In this document: positions 12,085 through 25,019 of the stretch, one piece after another | Position numbering within the stretch: the first letter of the stretch is position 1 | How the letters are laid out: every line of letters begins with the position of its first letter | Assembly (NCBI GenBank): GCA_964016885.1 | Contig: OZ024761.1 | Location: forward strand, 16,120,001-16,184,000 | Reading direction: 5' to 3' | Origin: Eledone cirrhosa | Taxonomy: Eukaryota | DNA: 64,000 nucleotides | Translations under genes and position numbers: made by a program | Notes under the pieces: model-generated | Database searches by the model: none | Told to the model about the DNA's origin: nothing | What the model saw: only the letters and a program-made list of their open reading frames with translations

Positions 12085-12416
12085 TCATCATCATCATCAT
12101 CATCATTTTACGTCTGCTTTTTCCTGCTTGCAAGGGTGGGACGGGAACTGATTCTGGCTTGATTTCTACAGCTGGATGCCCTTCCTAACACCAACCTCAT
12201 TTTACAGTGAGTGCTGGGTGCTTTTTTGCCGTGGCACCTCCACGACCACTTTGCAGTGGAATGATAGGGACCCCAGTCCCTATCATTTCATTTCTACAGC
12301 TGAGTAAACTGGAGCAATGTCAAATAAAGTGTCTTGCTCAAGGAAACAACACATCACCCGGTCTGAGAATTGAACTCACAACCTTTCGATTGCAAGACCA
12401 ATGCTCTAACCACTAA
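12085..12416 (-). mobile_element. CORE-type SINE
   Basis: Near-identical to 454-822 and 24168-24512. Confidence 0.8.
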
Positions 12417-12446
12417 GATATATTTATATACACACACACATATATA

Positions 12447-12775
12447 TGAAGGCACGTGTCTTAGTGGTTAGAGCATCGGGCTTACAATTGTGAGTTTGAT
12501 TCTTGGCCTGGGTGATGCGCTGTGTCCTTGAGCAAGACACTGTATTGCACATTGCTCCAGTTCACTCAGCTATAGAAATGAGTTGTGATGTCACTGGTGG
12601 CACACTGTATCATCCATTGCCTTACTCTTAGACAACATCGGTGCCATTGAGAAGGGAGACTGTATGTATGGGTGACTGCTGGTCTTCCACAAACTAACTT
12701 TGCCCAGGCTTGTCCTTTGGAGGGAAACTTTCTTGGTGCAAAACCATTGTCATTAGTGACTGAAAGGTGGCCGTA
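12447..12775 (+). mobile_element. CORE-type SINE, different 3' subfamily
   Basis: tRNA-like head, TGTGTCCTTGAGCAAGACAC core, distinct tail. Confidence 0.65.
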
Positions 12776-12779
12776 ATAA

Positions 12780-13240
12780 TGTGTTGTCATATATTTAACC
12801 CTTTTATAACCAACGACCTTAAACTGGAGTGTTGTATAATATATTTAACTCTTTCCATACTCAACTACTTGAAACTAGGGGTGTTGCGTCATATATTTAA
12901 CCCTTAACATACCTAACTGTCTAATATTAGGGTGTTTTGTCCTATGTTTAATCCTTTCCATATCCAATGACCTCAAACTGGGGTGTTGTATCATATATTT
13001 CACCCATTCGTACCCAACTATCTGAAACTAGGTGTTGTGTTCTATATTTAACCCTTTACATATGCAATGACCTGAAACTGGGGTGTTGTATTATATATTT
13101 AACTCTTTCCATAACCAAATACCTGAAACTAGGGTGTTGTATCATATATTAAACCCTTTTCATACCCATCTACCAGAAACTAGTGGGGCTGTTCTGTCAT
13201 ATATTTAACCCTTTTAATACCAAATTACTTGAAACTGCTA
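12780..13240. repeat. Degenerate tandem array of about 50-bp units (GTGTTGTATCATATATTTAACCC...GAAACTAGG), about 9 units
   Basis: Direct inspection; a related unit lies at about 11010-11055. Confidence 0.8.
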
Positions 13241-13313
13241 CCTGGTACTATGGTAGAAGGAGAGGAAAGAATTGGTGAATTGGTGTTGTGTCTGGTCAAA
13301 AGAAACTCCAGTC

Positions 13314-13529
13314 TTAACCCTTTAGCATTTACATTACTCTATATTTACAATTGTATTTTCATGGTAAAGGCTTTAGCACACATAATATCGAATCTATGAG
13401 ATTTTGATATTATTTATTTTGAGAACAATACCTTAACATCAGTATGAGTGGCTGGTTAAAGTTAGTTTGAACAGAAAGAAGTGAGGAAATTCTGACCGGA
13501 TATGGTCGGTTTAAATGCTAAAGGGTTAA
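13314..13529 (+). mobile_element. Intact piggyBac-like MITE (about 210 bp)
   Basis: TTAA on both sides; 13-bp TIR CCCTTTAGCATTT / AAATGCTAAAGGG. Confidence 0.88.
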
Positions 13530-14042
13530 CCCTTTTGTCTTTGATCCAGAAGGTTCTAGAACTTCTAGTAAATGTAGTAGTGGTGGTTGTAGTATTATTA
13601 TTAATAGTAGTAGTAATAATGGTGGTAGTGGTAGTAGTGGTGGTGGTGGTGGTGGTGGTGGTGGTGGTGGTGGTAGTGGTGGTAGTGGTGTTAGTTATAA
13701 TGATAATAGTGATATTGGTGGTAGTAGTTATAGTGATAGTAATGGAGGTGCTGGGAGTAGTTGTGGTGGTAGTAGCGGTGGTGATGGTGGTAGTAGTAAT
13801 AGTGATGGTAGTAGAAGTAGTATTAGTAATAATAGTAGTAGTAGTAGTAGTAGTAGCAGCAGCTGCAGCAAGGGTGTTTTTGCTGAGTGTTATGGGTGTA
13901 TGTGTTTACATGTGTATTTGTATATATATAGTAACTACTATTTCCATCTTAGTATATATAATGTTACACTAGTACCCTCCCCACCTCCCTCCCCTGCTCC
14001 ATCTTAGTGTGTGTGTATGTATATATATATGAGTATATATGT

Positions 14043-14089
<47 letters not shown>

Positions 14090-14418
14090 CCAAATCAGTT
14101 CCTGTATGAGTAAGGCATGGTCAGCCGACCAGACGCTGCCCACAACAGGACAACCCGTCTAACCCATGCTACTGTGGAAGAACGGACGTAAAACGGTGAT
14201 GATGATGATGATGATATATATATATATATATCATGATCATATATATATATGCATATATACAGTGGTGGCCATAACTGGACCTCAAAACATATGGTCACAC
14301 ATACATACTAAGTGTATGATATTTTAAATATACTAAATAAACTCTCTTGCAATAGATTCAGCATTGTTTTCCTTGACCTTTTCTCTACAGATATCCAGCA
14401 TACACACACACATATATA

Positions 14419-14636
14419 CTAGCTGGCCCTGTGCCGTCAAAAATGATGGCTAATTGTAATATCTGTACATAATATAAAAAAGAGATGTTTGTTTGTTGGT
14501 TGGTTCCTTTGCGCTCACTCACACAAGTGATACAAACTCACCCCTTCCTTCCTCAGTCAACGTAATCACCCTTTCATTCCATCCTGTCATCTCTAATGTG
14601 TGACGGACAAATACACAAAGCTATTGTATTAGTAGA
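14419..14636 (-). mobile_element. Non-autonomous Helitron-like element
   Basis: Minus strand starts A|TC and ends CTAG|T, with a subterminal hairpin GCCGTCA-AAAA-TGATGGC; second copy at 30070. Confidence 0.7.
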
Positions 14637-15073
14637 TACACACCACACACACACACATATACACACACACACATATATATATGTAGAGAGAGAGAGCGAG
14701 AACTGGCTTCTACAGGACTAAAACTGTTTCATTCGGAGGAAATCCTGAAGGAGCGAGCCCTCAATAGTGGTGCGCAGAGTGTAGAAGTTTCTATTCTAAG
14801 TAGAACAGTGTTAGTAACTTCGAAGTTTCAGCTTGGTCCACAACACATACATACCTACATACATCATAGACTGTACAAATAGAGTTAGTCAGGTCTGTTT
14901 AGCAATCTCTATCACCATAGCAGCAATACACCAAAATGTAATGTGTGTATGTCTCTATGTGTGAATATGTGTGTATGTGTCTATGTGTGAATATGTGTGT
15001 ATATGTGTGTGATATCAGTTTGTGTAAGTGGAGTGAGAGCTTCATGGTTGACTGATTTTGATAGTACTAACTC

Positions 15074-15147
<74 letters not shown>

Positions 15148-15176
15148 TATATATGTGTTGTGGACCAAGCTGAAAC

Positions 15177-15384
15177 TTAACCCTTTAGCATTTATATATA
15201 ACTCTATATATATTATTGTATTTTTGTAATAAAGTCTTTATCTTACATAATATTGAATCTATGAGATTTTGAGGTTATTTATTTTGAGAACAATACCTCA
15301 GTATGACCGGTTACGGCCAGTTTGAACAGAAAGAGGTGAGGGAAGTCTGTCCGGATATAGCCTGTTTAAATGCTAAAGGGTTAA
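15177..15384 (+). mobile_element. Intact piggyBac-like MITE
   Basis: TTAA CCCTTTAGCATTT ... AAATGCTAAAGGG TTAA. Confidence 0.88.
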
Positions 15385-15517
15385 ATGATGATGATGGTGG
15401 TAATAATGATGATGGTATAGGAAAAAGAAGTTGAAAATGCAATTGGTGTATTTAAGAAGGTTTATCTATAATAACTTATAACTTTACAAATTTCACAAGT
15501 TTCATGATTTTCAAAAG

Positions 15518-15759
15518 TTAACCCTTTAGCATTCAAATCACTCTATATATATACTATTGTATTTTTTGTGGTAAAGGCTTTATCTTACATAATTATCACA
15601 TAATTATCTCACATAATATTGAATCTACGAGATTTTGATGTTATTTATTTTGAGAACAATACCTTAACTTCAGCATGAGTGGCCAGTTATGATAGGTTTA
15701 AACAGAAAGCGGTAGAGAATTCTGGCCAGATACGGCCGGTTTAAATACTAAAGAGTTAA
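15518..15759 (+). mobile_element. piggyBac-like MITE
   Basis: TTAA flanks, slightly decayed right TIR. Confidence 0.82.
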
Positions 15760-15886
15760 GAGAGCGGGAGAGATGTTACAAGTCAGCAGAGCCACACATC
15801 TCTCCTTCTCTCTTAACTTTTGAAAATCGTGAAACCAGAAAAGTTATAAATTATTGTAAATAAACGATGATGATGATGAAACCTCC

Positions 15887-16322
15887 ATAACCCTTTACCA
15901 TTTACATTACTCTATATTTACTATTGTACTTTCATGGTAAAGGCTTTACCTTACATAATTATCTCACATAAGAGAGGGCGGTGGATTGGCAGTATCGGTA
16001 GAGGGTCGGACGCCATGCTCTCCAGCATAGTTACGTCCCTTTACGATCTGAGTTCAAATCCCGCCGAGGTTGACTTTGTCTTTCATCCTTACGGGGTCGA
16101 TAAAATAAAGTACCAGTAATGCACTGGGTAATTGCTGGCCTTGTGCCTAAAGTAGAAACAATAATTATCTCACATAATATCAAAGCTATCAGATTTTAAA
16201 GTTATCTATTTTGAGAACAATACTTTAACATAAGTATGAGTGGCTGGTTACAGCCGGTTTGAACCGAAAGAGGTGAGAGAATTCTGGCCGGGATATGGCC
16301 GGTTTAAATGCTAAAGGGTTAA
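15887..16322 (+). mobile_element. piggyBac-like MITE with nested Meta-like SINE (about 15972-16160)
   Basis: SINE flanked by duplicated ATAATTATCTCACATA; MITE ends AAATGCTAAAGGG TTAA. Confidence 0.8.
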
Positions 16323-16364
16323 AGACTCCAATTGTATTTTCAACTTCTTTTTCCTATATTTTTA

Positions 16365-18560
16365 CCTGTGATGCTAGTGGTGATGATGGTGATGATGATG
16401 GTAGTAGTGGGTGAAGATGATGATGATCCTGGTGGTGATGATGGTGGTGGTGGTGATGATAATGGTAGTGTTGGCAGTGGTGGTGGTGATGATGGTAGTG
16501 TTGGCAGTGGTGGTGGTGATGATGCTAGTGCTGATGATGATGGTGGTGGTGGTGGTGGTGGTGACACACCTTAAAACACCCCCACAGACATCCAGTGAGA
16601 GGAAGGGCTGGAGGAGTTGTATTGAATGTGGTAGTGGTACAGTGGTGGTGGTGGTGGTGGTGTTGGTGGTGTTGATAGCAGAGTGTGGTGGGTTATAGGT
16701 AGAGGTTTGGGCCAGGATGGGAAGGGCCAGGTAGGGTGAGGTGGGACTGAAGAGGAAGCAGAGAAAGTGACTAAGTCAGCCTTTAAATACAGGGTTTCTA
16801 ATTTGGCTGTTGCTGGTCATGGTGGTGGTGGTGGTGGTGGTGGTGGTGGTGGTGGTGGCGGTGGTGGTGGTGGTGGTGGTGGTAGTGGTGGTGGTCATGG
16901 TGTGATGATGGAGGTGGTGGTGGTGGTGGTGGCTGTGGTGATGTTGGTGGTGGTGGTGGTGGTGGTGGTGGTGGTGGTGGTGGTGGTAGTGGTGGTGGTC
17001 ATGGTGTGATGATGGAGGTGGTGGTGGTGGTGGTGGCTGTGGTGATGTTGGTGGTGGTGGTGGTGGTGGTGGTGGTGGTGGTGGTGGTGGTGGTGGTGGC
17101 GGTGGTGGTGGCGGTGGTGGTGAGGGTAGTGGTGGTGGTCATGGTGTGATGATGGAGGTGGTGGTGGTGGCTGTGGTGATGTTGGTGGTGGTGGTGGTGG
17201 TGGTGGTGGTGGTGGTGGTGGCGGTGGTGGTGGTGGTGAGGGTAGTGGTGGTGGTCATGGTGTGATGATGGAGGTGGTGGTGGTGGCTGTGGTGATGTTG
17301 GTGGTGGTGGTGGTGGTGGTGGTGGTGGTGGTGGTGGTGGTGGTGGTGGCGGTGGTGGTGGTGAGGGTAGTGGTGGTGGTCATGGTGTGATGATGGAGGT
17401 GGTGGTGGTGGTGGTGGCTGTGGTGATGTTGGTGGTGGTGGTGGTGGTGGTGGTGGTGGTGGTGGTGGTGGTGAGGGTAGTGGTGGTGGTCATGGTGTGA
17501 TGATGGAGGTGGTGGTGGTGGCTGTGGTGATGTTGGTGGTGGTGGTGGTGGTGGTGGTGGTGGTGGTGGCGGTGGTGGTGGCGGTGGTGGTGGTGGTGGT
17601 GGTGGTGAGGGTAGTGGTGGTGGTCATGGTGTGATGATGGAGGTGGTGGTGGTGGCTGTGGTGATGTTGGTGGTGGTGGTGGTGGTGGTGGTGGTGGTGG
17701 TGGTGGTGGTGGTAGTGGTGGTGGTCATGGTGTGATGATGGAGGTGGTGGTGGTGGTAATAATGGTGATGATGATGATGGTGGTGGAGGTGGAGGCGGTA
17801 GTAGTGTTGGCCGTGATGTAGATGTTGGTGGTGTTGGCTGTGGTGTAGATGGTGGTGGTGGTGGTGGTGGTGATGTTGGTGGTGGTGGTGTTGGCTGTGG
17901 TGGTGTTGGCTGTGGTGATGTTGGTGGTGGTGGTGTTGGTGGTGGTGGTGTTGGCTGTGGTGATGTTGGTGGTGGTGGTGTTGGCTGTGGTGTAGATGGT
18001 GGTGGTGTTGGCTGTCGTGATGTTGGTGGTGGTGGTGTTGGTGGTGGTGGTAGTGGCTGTGGTGATGTTGGTGGTGGTGGTGTTGGCTGTGGTGATGGTG
18101 GCTGTGGTGATGTTGGTGGTGGTGGTGTTGGCTGTGGTGTAGATGGTGGTGGTGTTGGCTGTGGTGATGTTGGTGGTGGTGGTGTTGGTGGTGGTGGCTG
18201 TGGTGATGTTGGTGGTGGTGTTGGCTGTGATGATGTTGGTGGTGGTGGTGGCTGTGGTGATGTTGGTGGTGTTGGCTGTGGTGATGTTGGTGGTGGTGGT
18301 GTTGGCTGTGGTGATGTTGGTGGTGGTGGTGGTGGCTGTGGTCATGTTGGCTGTGGTGATGTTGGTAGTGGTGGTGTTGGCTGTGGTGTAGATGGTGGTG
18401 GTGTTGGCTGTGGTGATGTTGGTGGTGGTGGTGGTGGTGGCTGTGGTGATGGTGTTGGCTGTGGTGATGTTGGTGGTGGTGGTGGTGGATGTGATCTAGA
18501 TGGTGGTGTTGGCTATGGTGATGTAGATGGCAGTGATGGTGGTGGTGGTGGTGTTGGTGG
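16365..18560. repeat. About 2.2-kb (GGT)n-based compound tract with higher-order units
   Basis: Recurring GGTCATGGTGTGATGATGGAGG landmark about every 110-135 bp (16894-17745), then GGTGTTGGCTGTGGTGATGTT units. Confidence 0.95.
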
Positions 18561-19327
18561 ATGAGAAGATAAAGATACAGTTCAGACATGTGTGGAGGAG
18601 TGGTGGTGGTGGTAGGGTGATGTGGGGGTTTTAGTTCAAGGGTGTGAGTCTGTATGGAGGAGTGAGGTGCAGTGGATTGCAGGGGTAGGTAGATAGTAGG
18701 GTGAGCCGGACAAGGGGAGGGTGTGCTCGTGTATCTTCTGCTGTGTCAGTAAATTGTGGCCTACACTCGCCCCCACAACCCTGGAGGTATCTATCCCTAT
18801 TCACCACTCCACCCACATCTCTTCTTCCACCTACACCCCTCCCCCTCCCGCTCCATCTTTTCCTCCACCCCCAGTGGTAGTTGAGGCAGAGAAATGGTGA
18901 AAGGTTCTGTTATTTCTGTTTGTTCTTCTACTGGTTTCAGGCATAAGTCTGCGGCCATTCTGGGACATTGTGTTGTAGGGAGGTTTTAGTTGATCACATT
19001 AACCCCCGCCCCCCCTCCTCAGTACAACCATATTTCTCATTTTTGAAGACAACCCAAAATTTGAGAAAAATGTATTAAACGGTGCCCCAGCATGGCCTCA
19101 GCCAGATGGCTGGAACAGGTAAAAGAGTAAAAGAGTAACGTAAAAATAAGATATGATTATTCAAGACCTGAGAGTAGGGCTCAGTGTTCATCAGGGCTCA
19201 GTATTTAGTTCACTGCTGTTTATTATAATCCTCCAGGTCATAACTGAGGAGTTTAAGACCAGCTGTCCATGGGAACACCTATAGACCGATGACCTGGTTA
19301 TTATTATAATAATAATAACCAGGTCAT

Positions 19328-19525
19328 GGGCGGTGGATTGGCAGTATTGGGAGAGGGTCGGACGCCATGCTTTGACGCATAGAGTTACGGCCCTTGCCAT
19401 TCTGAGTTCAAATCCTGCCGAGGTTAACTTTGCCTTTCATCCTTACGGGGTCGATAAAATAAAGTACCAGTAATGCACTGGGTAATTGCTGGCCTTGTGC
19501 CTAACGTAGAAACAATTATTATAAT
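19328..19525 (+). mobile_element. Full-length Meta-like SINE
   Basis: GGGCGGTGGATTGGCAGTA head, B-box, core, (AAT)n tail. Confidence 0.8.
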
Positions 19526-19696
19526 AATAATAATAATGAAATTATTGTAATTACTTTATTACTAAGATAGCAACTTAATGTAGGGTTCTTATATAAAATT
19601 ATGTTGGAAGATTTTAATTTAAATTGGAAACCTTTTAAATGGGTGGTTTTATTTCATAGAACCAGACCCGGTTTTGGCAAGGTTGGTAACTAAAGG

Positions 19697-19920
19697 TTAC
19701 TTTAGCATTCACATTACTCTCTAAATACTATTATATTTTCATGGTAAAGGCTTTACCTCGCATAATTATCTCACATAATAACGAATCTATGAGATTTTGA
19801 AAGTATTTATTTTGAGAACAATACCTTAACATCAGTTTGAGCGACCAGTTACAGCCAGTTTCAACAGAAAGAGGTAGAGAATTCTGGCCGGTTTGGGCCG
19901 GTTTGAACATTAAAGGGTTA
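19697..19920 (+). mobile_element. piggyBac-like MITE
   Basis: Same internal sequence; decayed TIRs. Confidence 0.75.
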
Positions 19921-19934
19921 TGCTAACACCAAAT

Positions 19935-20292
19935 AATAATAATAATGAAATTATTGTGTACGGTACTCAGGCGCACTACAACTCATCAAATGTGCATGTA
20001 TAGTACATAGAATAATGTTCAAATGTCAGGAAAAGGAACAGGGTAGTGAATAGTGTATGAGTCATGATATACATGTGTGCGCGTGTACGGAGGGGGGGGG
20101 GGATATCAGGTGTAGTGTTGGCGAATTTCAGGAAGCATGGAGGTTTTGAAGGATGCAGTGTCCCGACAGATAACAACTGATGCAGGTAGTTTGTTCCATG
20201 CTTCAGCAACTCTGAGTGTGAAAAAATGTTTCCGAAAGTCATAGGAGCTGTGCTGTTTTCTGACTTTGTAGGCATGCCCATGTGTGTTAGAT
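19935..20292 (-). mobile_element. CR1-like LINE 3' fragment
   Basis: Reverse complement of 11325-11655. Confidence 0.82.
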
Positions 20293-20635
20293 ACTATACA
20301 TTATGAAATCTATAGGGGTTGATATAATCCACTTTCTCCTTTCCAAAATTAATCGTATAGGGCCTAAGTAGATCAAGCTCATAACCATCATCACAGGAGC
20401 ACTAGGTACTATTTTGAAGAATTTCCAAGCCCAGCCCCCTTTTTTGGAACACTTCAAAAGACATGCCTCTTGGGAACAGTAAGGCCTCTCTCATAAGTCC
20501 TGAATATCTGAGGCTGCAGGTAGCATTTTGATGTTCATTTGGGCAAATTTTCTGGTAAAATAACATCAATAACTGAGATATTGAATTATTATTGTTATTA
20601 CCATCATATTATTGTTATTACCATCATATTATTAA

Positions 20636-20922
20636 AGGGCGGTGGATTGGCAGTATTGGTAAAGGGTCGGACGCCATGCTTTGACGTATAGAGTTACGGC
20701 CCTTGCCATTCTGAGTTCAAATCCCGCCGAGCTTAACTTTGCCTTTCATCCTTATGGGGTCGATAAAATAAAGTACCAGTAATACACTGGGTAATTGCTG
20801 GCCTTGTGCCAAAAGTAGAAACAATTATTAACTTTGCCTTTCATCGTTACAGGGTCGATAAAATAAAGTACCAGTAATGCACTGGGATAATTGCTGGCCT
20901 TGTGCCAAAAGTAGAAACGATT
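20636..20922 (+). mobile_element. Meta-like SINE with duplicated 3' half
   Basis: Full copy followed by a second core and tail. Confidence 0.78.
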
Positions 20923-21458
20923 ATTAATACTTAGGAGATGACAGAGCCGATCTATCGGCCCGATAACACAAGCTGGCTGGTTTCGTACCAGCCAGTCAGA
21001 CTGCTTCTTGCACATCTGGGGGCATTCAATGGCGGCTACCATGATAGTTTGGTGTGTTCTGTGATTCATTTAAAAAAACTCTTCATTTTTTATAATTTTT
21101 TTTTTTTTCAAAAAGAAGCGCATGCCCTCTGTAGAGCTGGTGAAAAGGGCTCTGTCTCCAAAGGGTTAAATGGCAGTGGATTAGCGAAAATTAGTAGAGC
21201 ATCGGATAAAATGCTTTGTAGCAATATTTCCAGCTCTTTACATTTTGAGTTCAAATTTCACCAAGGTCAGCTTTACCTTTTATCTCTCCAGGGTTGATAA
21301 AATCAAGTAGCAGTCAAGAACTGGTACAGATATACTTGACTTTCCCCTCCCCACTGAATTGGTGGATCTGTGCCAGAGAATTTTTATTATTATTATTAGT
21401 GTTGTAATGTAATGATGGAATATCCAGTCAATAATATAAATATATATATATATATATT

Positions 21459-21522
<64 letters not shown>

Positions 21523-21632
21523 TAAATATGTATATATATATATGTATATATGCAAGCATGGAACACGGACGTTAAACGTAATATATATGATATATGTATA
21601 TATATATAAATATAATATATACATGTATACAC

Positions 21633-21667
<35 letters not shown>

Positions 21668-21748
21668 TATATATTCTTGGTATTTTTTATTACAAGATAA
21701 GTTGTAAATGAGTACTCAGTACAAATTAGTACATGATATATACATATA

Positions 21749-21780
<32 letters not shown>

Positions 21781-21924
21781 AATATATATATATAGTTTTC
21801 TACTCATTATATATATATCATCATCATCATCATCATCTTCGTTTAACGTCCATATTCCATGCTAGCATGGGTTAGTTGGGAGTTGTCCCACTTGAGGCAA
21901 GGTTGATCGGGTGACCGTGTCTCG

Positions 21925-21982
<58 letters not shown>

Positions 21983-22056
21983 CATACATACATATATATA
22001 TATATATATATACCATGATATTAAATAAATGGAAATTATATTTATAAAACCATATT

Positions 22057-22121
22057 TATTTTATTATATATATTTCAAGGGCCATTAAGCCAACCTTGGT
22101 GCGCTTTCATCAGATAAAATA
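22057..22121 (-). ncRNA. Minimal hammerhead ribozyme motif, family A (Penelope-like)
   Basis: Minus strand TATTTTAT-CTGATGA-stem II-GAAA-TATATA-TA-ATAAAATA; 8-bp stem I. Confidence 0.72.
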
Positions 22122-22287
22122 CAAAGTTTGTTTTATAAATAAAGATATACCCATGAAGATTCAACCTTATCGGTCGGAAATTCACTGGAATATCATGGAA
22201 TATTTACTCCAGTAAGCTGTTGAGTGCTCTAGATCAGTTATAAACATTTACGTTTGTCGGAATTCCAGCAAATTAAATACAACTTCT

Positions 22288-22323
<36 letters not shown>

Positions 22324-22686
22324 GAATGTGTGTGGTTGTACACACGAGCCCATTCAGAGATAAAGCTTAAAAGAGAAGACAGATGAAGGAGAAAGAGAGA
22401 GGGAGTTGATGATAACATGATGGGGATGAAGAGAGTTAGAGAGAGAGAGAGAGAGGGGGGGGAGGAGGCAATAGGGAGGAATGAAGAGAGGGAGATGAAG
22501 AGAAAGAAAGAAGTATAATGAAGGAATCTACTACATTGTGTGAGAGATAAAGTTATGTAAAGTATTTCCTGTAAGGAGGGTAACCATTTCTACAGACAAA
22601 CACACACACACACATATATGTGTGTGTGTGTGTGTGTGTGTTTACTGTATGAAAGATATGTGTATATATATATATTTTTTCTTATG

Positions 22687-22728
<42 letters not shown>

Positions 22729-22788
22729 TGTATGTGCGTGTATATATATATATATGTGTGTATATATATGTATGTATATATATATATG

Positions 22789-22865
<77 letters not shown>

Positions 22866-22876
22866 ATATATATATG

Positions 22877-22910
<34 letters not shown>

Positions 22911-23824
22911 TTCATGTTTTGTCTGTCAAGAAGCTAGGCGTTATTCATTCACTCATGTATAGAAGATACATGTACATATATATATATATATATACACACA
23001 TATATACATATAAACACATACATACATATATATATATACATATAAACATATATATATATATCTATATATGTCACACATACGTATTGACACAGGAAAGAGA
23101 AATACATACACCTTGAGGAAACTAAAAGTCGTTCATATATAAACACACACACATAGGCATACACTAACACACACACACATACACACAAATATGTACACAT
23201 AACCATCTACACACACATTCACATACACATGTTCACATACACACCTATGTACACTCACACACATGTACACACGCAAACACTGTATCAAGGAAGTGGAAGC
23301 CATTCATCTATGTACACACACACACATTCACACATACATACACAGATGCACACATGCACACACATACACACACTTGTACACATTGTTGGATCTCCATCAG
23401 TGACAATGATGAGTGTTCCAGTTATTTGACCAATAGTACAGCTTCTTTGTTAAAATTAATATGCAAGTGTCTGAGCATTCCACAAAATCATACACCCTTA
23501 ACATAACTCCCAGGGAGATTCAGTGACACAGTGTATGACATGGCTGACGCTTTGAGTTAGAGGTATCGACTAACTCATTTTTATAAAAAAAGTGGACTGG
23601 AACGATGTGAAATAATTGTTTCTACTTTTGGCACAAGGCCAGCAATTACCCAGTGCATTACTGGTACTTTATTTTATCGACCCCGTAAGGATGAAAGGCA
23701 AAGTTAACCTCGGCGGGATTGTGAAATAATGTGTCTTGCTTAAGGTCACAATGTACCCCTGGGAATCGAACTCACAACCTTACAAGGTCAATTTAATTTT
23801 GTGACTAGCTGTTTTATCATCATA

Positions 23825-24095
23825 ATTATTTTTACTTCCTTTTTCCCTGCTTGCATGGGTTGGACAGGTCCTTCTCGATACAGCATCTCTCCATTCGCCA
23901 TCTTCCTTTGTCATCTCCTCTGAGAGTCTCAGCTATTTGAGGTCAGCTATCACCACCTCTGCCCAGATCTTTCTTGGCCTACCTCTACTGTGTCTTCCTT
24001 CCACTGGCATTTCCTGGTACTTCTTCTTCAATCGATCATCATCCAAGTACGTACAAATGCAGTCTTCTCTCCTGCACACCACTTTGGATTACTCT
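23825..24095 (-). mobile_element. RTE-like LINE 3' fragment
   Basis: Minus translation ...RGRPRKIWAEVVIADLK...EEMTKEDGEWRDAV, followed by the LINE tail. Confidence 0.72.
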
Positions 24096-24167
24096 TAACC
24101 CTTTAGTATTTACATTACTCTATATATACTATTGTATTTACATGGTGAAGGCTTTATCTCACATAAT

Positions 24168-24512
24168 ATGGAGGCACATGGCTTAGTGGTTAGAGCATTG
24201 GCCTTGCAATCGAAAGGTTGTGAGTTCAATTTTCAGACTGGGTGATGTGTTGTTTCCTTGAGCAAGACACTTTATTTCACATTGCTCCAGTTTACTCAGC
24301 TGTAGAAATGAGATGATAGGGACTGGGGTCCATATCATTCCACTGCAAAGTGGTCGTGGAGGTGCCACGGCAAAAAAGCAGCCAACAGTCACTGTAAATG
24401 AGGTTGGTGTTAGGAAGGGCATCCAGCTGTAGAAATCAAGCCAGAATCAGTTCCCATCCCACCCTTGCAAGCAAGGAAAAAGCGGACATAAAATGGAATG
24501 ATGATGATGATG
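24168..24512 (+). mobile_element. Full-length CORE-type SINE inserted into a piggyBac-like MITE 5' fragment (24095-24167)
   Basis: tRNA-like head through (GAT)n tail. Confidence 0.8.
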
Positions 24513-24876
24513 AATGATACTCAGCAGAGTCATCTTTCTAAGAAAGGGAAACTCTGAAAAAACCTGCAGCTTCGGAAGCATCAGATGATGTTGACCAGTT
24601 CTCCTTTTCGAGTAGTGTTTTTGATGCTCAGAAAGTGGGATTGGTCGAATGCAAGGCCTTTTCCCACTTAAAAGACCTTCAAAGCACGGGCATTGTTTTT
24701 TCAGGATCTGTTACAGGTCCTTGTGGCTGGCCGTAGCCTAAAAGTGCACCAGTTTCTATAATCTGATAAGCGATAGCAATACTTTTAGCAGCCATCATAT
24801 ATATATATTGCCTGAATGTATAGTTGTAATCTTTAGGGAAAGAGCCCTCAATATGTAATCATAGAGGTAAATATAC

Positions 24877-24978
24877 TGAAACTCACTGAGGAGATGACGA
24901 AGGACCGTGACGGGTGGAGAGATGCTGTGCTGAATAGGACCCGTCCAACCCTTGCAAGCAGGGAAAAGCGGACGTAAA

Positions 24979-25018
<40 letters not shown>
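24877..25018 (+). mobile_element. Extreme 3' end of an RTE-like LINE
   Basis: LKLTEEMTKDRDGWRDAVLNRTR runs directly into CCCTTGCAAGCAGGGAAAAGCGGACGTAAAAT(GAT)n. Confidence 0.72.

Positions 25019-25019
<1 letters not shown>

Noticed and set aside
17624-18589. His/Gln-rich 321-aa and Thr-rich 206-aa ORFs
   Set aside because: Translations of a (GGT)n tract; no splice or domain evidence.
24168-24245. tRNA gene
   Set aside because: Has A and B boxes but continues into SINE body and tail in multiple dispersed copies; it is a SINE head.
24520-24790. Possible nested exon in unique-looking sequence
   Set aside because: No recognisable protein motif; stops in the frames I read; no convincing splice pair.
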